This document shows, in pieces, positions 17,213 to 19,717 of a stretch of 19,717 nt of DNA; within the stretch, counting starts at the first letter, position 1; every line of letters begins with the position of its first letter. The translations under genes were made by a program, and so were the position numbers. The stretch is from contig JBJKQR010000006.1 in assembly GCA_046735395.1 (NCBI GenBank), positions 1 through 19,717 on the forward strand, read 5' to 3'. Under the pieces are notes generated by a model. The model did no database searches, was not told where the DNA came from, and saw only the letters and a list, made by a program, of their open reading frames with translations. Source of the DNA: Fidelibacterota bacterium (GTDB taxonomy: Bacteria > Fidelibacterota > Fidelibacteria > Fidelibacterales > DSDE01).

Positions 17213-17257
17213 GAAAAATATAGACATTACAGTGAATTATGGCAACCTATATTTTTC
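17213..17257 (-). promoter_or_regulatory. Putative sigma70 promoter (TTGCCA-N17-TATATT) within a perfect 11-bp inverted repeat
   Basis: Arms GAAAAATATAG (17213-17223) and CTATATTTTTC (17247-17257). The -35 is at 17245-17240 and the -10 at 17222-17217 on the minus strand. Confidence 0.6.
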
Positions 17258-17352
17258 GCGGGCCGGATCTTTACATCGGCAAGCCCATCCGGACTATGGG
17301 CCGGATGATATCCGACGGCAAATCTATTATTATGCCCATATTTCCGATTTCA

Positions 17353-17400
17353 GACAACTATTGCCGAATATCAAACGTCTAACAGTACGAAACAGGGAGG
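17353..17400 (+). promoter_or_regulatory. Putative ECF-sigma-type promoter and RBS
   Basis: GACAAC-N17-CGTCT (AAC 17356-17358, CGTCT 17376-17380), then GGAGG 17396-17400, 8 nt before the ATG. Confidence 0.4.
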
Positions 17401-17408
17401 ACTAAAAA

Positions 17409-18011
17409 ATGAAAAAACAAAGCGTATGTTTTATCATCGGACTCATGCTCTTTTCGACCGCGGGAGCAGCGAGTGTTCTTCTGGAGTTTGATAAAGTTCA
17501 GGTAAGGGATCTGCAGTTTTCCGACAGCGACGAAGTCAGGATCGAAAGTCTCAGCGGCGAAGAGGTGGTGGGAAATTTATCCGACCACAAATATGTCTTC
17601 AGCAACCGGAGCGGAAGCGACACGGCGGAGGTCAGGCTGTATTTACCGGCCGGCCATGATTATGTCATGAAATATTGCGGTGGAAATGCGGATAAAGAGT
17701 GCTGCTGCATCTTCAATGACAAGGAAATGATCATGGTGAAGAATGATCTGGTAAAGGTGTGCGCCGGGGATAAAAACTGCATTCTGAAAAACAGCAACTC
17801 CGCTTTCAGAGTCATCCTATCCGGTAATTGCATCCAATTGGTAAATCAGGATAACTGCGGCATCCTGCGCATGGAAGGCAGCAAATCCTTTATCTCGGGA
17901 CTCGGCCTCGAAAAACTCTGCGACGGAGACGAAACTTCGAACTTCTGGGTCATGTCCTTCGACCAGAATAAATATAACAACTTCCTGGAAACCGTGCTGT
18001 CCGGCAGCTGA
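17409..18011 (+). CDS. Secreted cysteine-rich hypothetical protein (200 aa)
   Basis: Strong RBS, signal peptide (..FSTAGA-AS), 9 Cys in the mature C-terminal part including CCC. No family recognised. Confidence 0.8.
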   Translation: MKKQSVCFIIGLMLFSTAGAASVLLEFDKVQVRDLQFSDSDEVRIESLSGEEVVGNLSDHKYVFSNRSGSDTAEVRLYLPAGHDYVMKYCGGNADKECCCIFNDKEMIMVKNDLVKVCAGDKNCILKNSNSAFRVILSGNCIQLVNQDNCGILRMEGSKSFISGLGLEKLCDGDETSNFWVMSFDQNKYNNFLETVLSGS

Positions 18012-18260
18012 TGGACGGCATCCCGAAACTTCATTCAGTCAGCTTCTTTAATTCATTGCTCAATTATTTTATTGAATTACTTCGAAAATTATTTTTCTTC
18101 AGCATCAGCCCGTATAACTAAAACGCCACCGATCTCAGTTCCTCAATAGCACCGCCCCATTGAGTCCTATCCGCGTACGACAATCTCCTTCAGGAGACCG
18201 TAATTTCTCACTTAATCCGGGCATTCAATTCAGCCGAAGTGTTATTTCTTCCCGCACCGT

Positions 18261-18300
18261 CTCAACCTCTGAACTTCTGAACATCTCAACATCTGAACAT
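18261..18300 (+). repeat. Octamer tandem repeat, 5 x CTSAACHT
   Basis: ctcaacct ctgaactt ctgaacat ctcaacat ctgaacat. Confidence 0.85.
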
Positions 18301-18302
18301 AG

Positions 18303-18354
18303 GCGCCCGGTTTGATTTCTTAGGGAATTTTGGTAGAAAATGGGTTGGATATAT
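18303..18354. repeat. Imperfect direct repeat copy A flanking the TA module
   Basis: 18312-18354 vs 19060-19102 is 37/43 identical ungapped, and both are preceded by GCGCC at the same spacing. Confidence 0.85.
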
Positions 18355-18405
18355 GGGTTGGAAAATCGGGTATTACACGATGAAACAGAGCATAGAAAAA
18401 AGTAT

Positions 18406-18687
18406 TTACTTATAAGCGATTGCCCGGGATTTTACAGTAATTAAATCCACTTCTTTCTTCTCAGGATTTATCTGGTAAAATAAGCGATAATTACCAAATC
18501 GATATCTCCAGGTTGGAGGCGAATAGTTTCTTAATTGTTTAATATTTTTCCCAAAACAGGGTTCTTGTTTTAACTGTGGCACGACCTGATCACTCATTTT
18601 TTTCTCTATAAGCAGACGATCTTTCTTCGATATTTTTGACAACTGTTTATCGAATTCTTCAGAGACAAATATTTGATAATCAGCCAA
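18406..18687 (-). CDS. relE: Type II toxin, RelE/ParE family (RelE/StbE-like)
   Basis: 93 aa, basic. Y.I..S.EF.KQL.K, P..G.NIK.L, WRYRFGNYRLFYQI, V..I.V..R..AY. Overlaps the antitoxin by 8 nt. Confidence 0.9.
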   Translation of the reverse strand: MADYQIFVSEEFDKQLSKISKKDRLLIEKKMSDQVVPQLKQEPCFGKNIKQLRNYSPPTWRYRFGNYRLFYQINPEKKEVDLITVKSRAIAYK

Positions 18688-18922
18688 TTTGTCGCCTTTT
18701 GTTATTCTGAATATCGGCCAGGCCCTGATTCAGTGACTGTTGTAATTCAGTATCTGCGTTAATTTCTGCCATCTCAAATTCATTCGCCAGTTCAATGTCT
18801 TCAATATATCGGGATGTGGCAGTTTCGATAAAATTAGATAAAGCTCTGTTATCCAACTTTGCAAATGTCTGGAATAAATCATATTTTTTATCATCAAGTC
18901 GAATTGTTACTGTTTTTGACAT
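18680..18922 (-). CDS. Antitoxin with N-terminal ribbon-helix-helix (CopG-like) domain
   Basis: MSKTVTIRLDD..Y..F...A..DNR.LSNFIE.A, acidic C-terminal half, RBS AGGAG 18933-18929, upstream of the toxin. Confidence 0.85.
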   Translation of the reverse strand: MSKTVTIRLDDKKYDLFQTFAKLDNRALSNFIETATSRYIEDIELANEFEMAEINADTELQQSLNQGLADIQNNKRRQIG

Positions 18923-18943
18923 ACGTCTCTCCTTTTAATTTAA

Positions 18944-18990
18944 AATACAAATTAATTGTATTGTATTCAATTTTATTCTATTGTATTCAA
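18944..18990. promoter_or_regulatory. Probable TA autoregulatory operator region
   Basis: Inverted repeat AATACAA-N5-TTGTATT (18944-18962) and direct repeats TTGTATTCAA (18961-18970, 18981-18990) just upstream of the antitoxin. Confidence 0.6.
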
Positions 18991-19050
18991 AATTAAACGG
19001 GCAAATTGTCAGGATTGCTGTTCATCCGGCTACGTTTCCGAGGATTCTTT

Positions 19051-19102
19051 GCGCCTGTGTTGATTTCTTAAGGAATTTCAGTAGGAAAGAGGTTGGATAT
19101 AT
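19051..19102. repeat. Imperfect direct repeat copy B flanking the TA module
   Basis: Matches 18303-18354. Confidence 0.85.
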
Positions 19103-19126
19103 AAGATATTTTATTCGATATATAAT

Positions 19127-19156
19127 AAAAAAGACCACGGGTTGGGTGGTCTTTTT
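19127..19156. terminator. Probably bidirectional rho-independent terminator
   Basis: AAAAAGACCAC-gggttgg-GTGGTCTTTTT, downstream of the AT-rich minus-strand ORF. Confidence 0.8.
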
Positions 19157-19240
19157 ATGTTGTATTTAGGCCAGGTTTTATGCGGGCTTACAGGGATTTG
19201 AGGTGGGTTGGTGGGGGTTGATGTATTACTATATATTATT

Positions 19241-19717
19241 CTATAATTCAACTTTTCCTAAATAGCATGAATTGTCGTCTGAACTTAAAATGAATAAAAT
19301 ATCATCGAGTATTTTTGCACTAAAGTGAAATCCCTCAATGCCTGAGTAATCTATAAAGTAGTTCTCACCAAAAATATTTCTATAGAGATTACTAATATTA
19401 ATCGATTGTATCTCTCCATTTGATACACTTATTTTCTTAAAAATAATATCATTATCAAATGAAATTGTGTACAAACATTTGTTCTTATATCCTAAGATAG
19501 TATAAAATGCATCAATATACTCAAATTGCTTGAATTCAATTTTTCCATTTGAAAAATTATAAAGTATTAGATTATTATTATTTAATAACAAAATTGTATC
19601 TGAATCCATTTTCCCAATAATTGGTAATCCAATACCATATGGTTCATTTACTCCTTTAATTGGAATTATTTTTTCTTTTAAGATTTCACCGTTCTCAATA
19701 TCAACCAATGTGAAGAC
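19241..19717 (-). CDS. C-terminal part of an AT-rich hypothetical protein, possibly beta-propeller-like; 5' end outside the window
   Basis: The frame is open to the window edge. Repeated [DS]..NG.I motifs with hydrophobic strands. Sampled 60-nt lines are 18-28% GC. Confidence 0.65.
   Translation of the reverse strand, partial: VFTLVDIENGEILKEKIIPIKGVNEPYGIGLPIIGKMDSDTILLLNNNNLILYNFSNGKIEFKQFEYIDAFYTILGYKNKCLYTISFDNDIIFKKISVSNGEIQSINISNLYRNIFGENYFIDYSGIEGFHFSAKILDDILFILSSDDNSCYLGKVEL

Noticed and set aside
17049..17405. 118-aa plus-strand ORF in the divergent intergenic region
   Set aside because: TTG start, no RBS, no recognisable motifs, and it overlaps promoter-like elements.
18303..19240. 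Integron attC sites or XerC/D dif sites around the TA pair
   Set aside because: I found no RYYYAAC...GTTRRRY palindromic structure and no 11-6-11 site with a TTATGTTAAAT-like arm.

Overview
Bacterial genomic window of mostly moderate GC that turns strongly AT-rich in the last ~1.4 kb. Two proteins with 'NxPNPFN...WDG...GxY' C-terminal sorting domains, plus FISUMP and PEGA proteins, suggest an FCB-group organism such as a Marinimicrobia/KSB1/Calditrichota-like lineage (inference only). Genes in order: 1753-aa FG-GAP surface protein (-), DEAD-box helicase DeaD (-), FN3+FISUMP lipoprotein (-), CsgG-like/PEGA protein (-), VIT-VWA secreted protein (+), radical SAM/SPASM enzyme (-), TlpA-type lipoprotein (-), small beta-barrel OMP (-), Cys-rich secreted hypothetical (+), RelE-type toxin with RHH antitoxin (-), and a partial AT-rich ORF (-). 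No rRNA, tRNA, CRISPR, transposase, integrase or reverse transcriptase was seen. The most unusual content is non-coding. (1) A hierarchical repeat array (8-mer and 9/10-mer blocks, 38-bp and 220-bp units) has a junction element that recurs on the far side of the FG-GAP gene. (2) A ~155-bp, ~97% identical direct repeat brackets the radical SAM gene. (3) A ~52-bp direct repeat brackets the TA pair. (4) A 10-bp duplication frameshifts the conserved FISUMP C-terminus. (5) A sigma70-like promoter is nested in an 11-bp inverted repeat between divergent genes.
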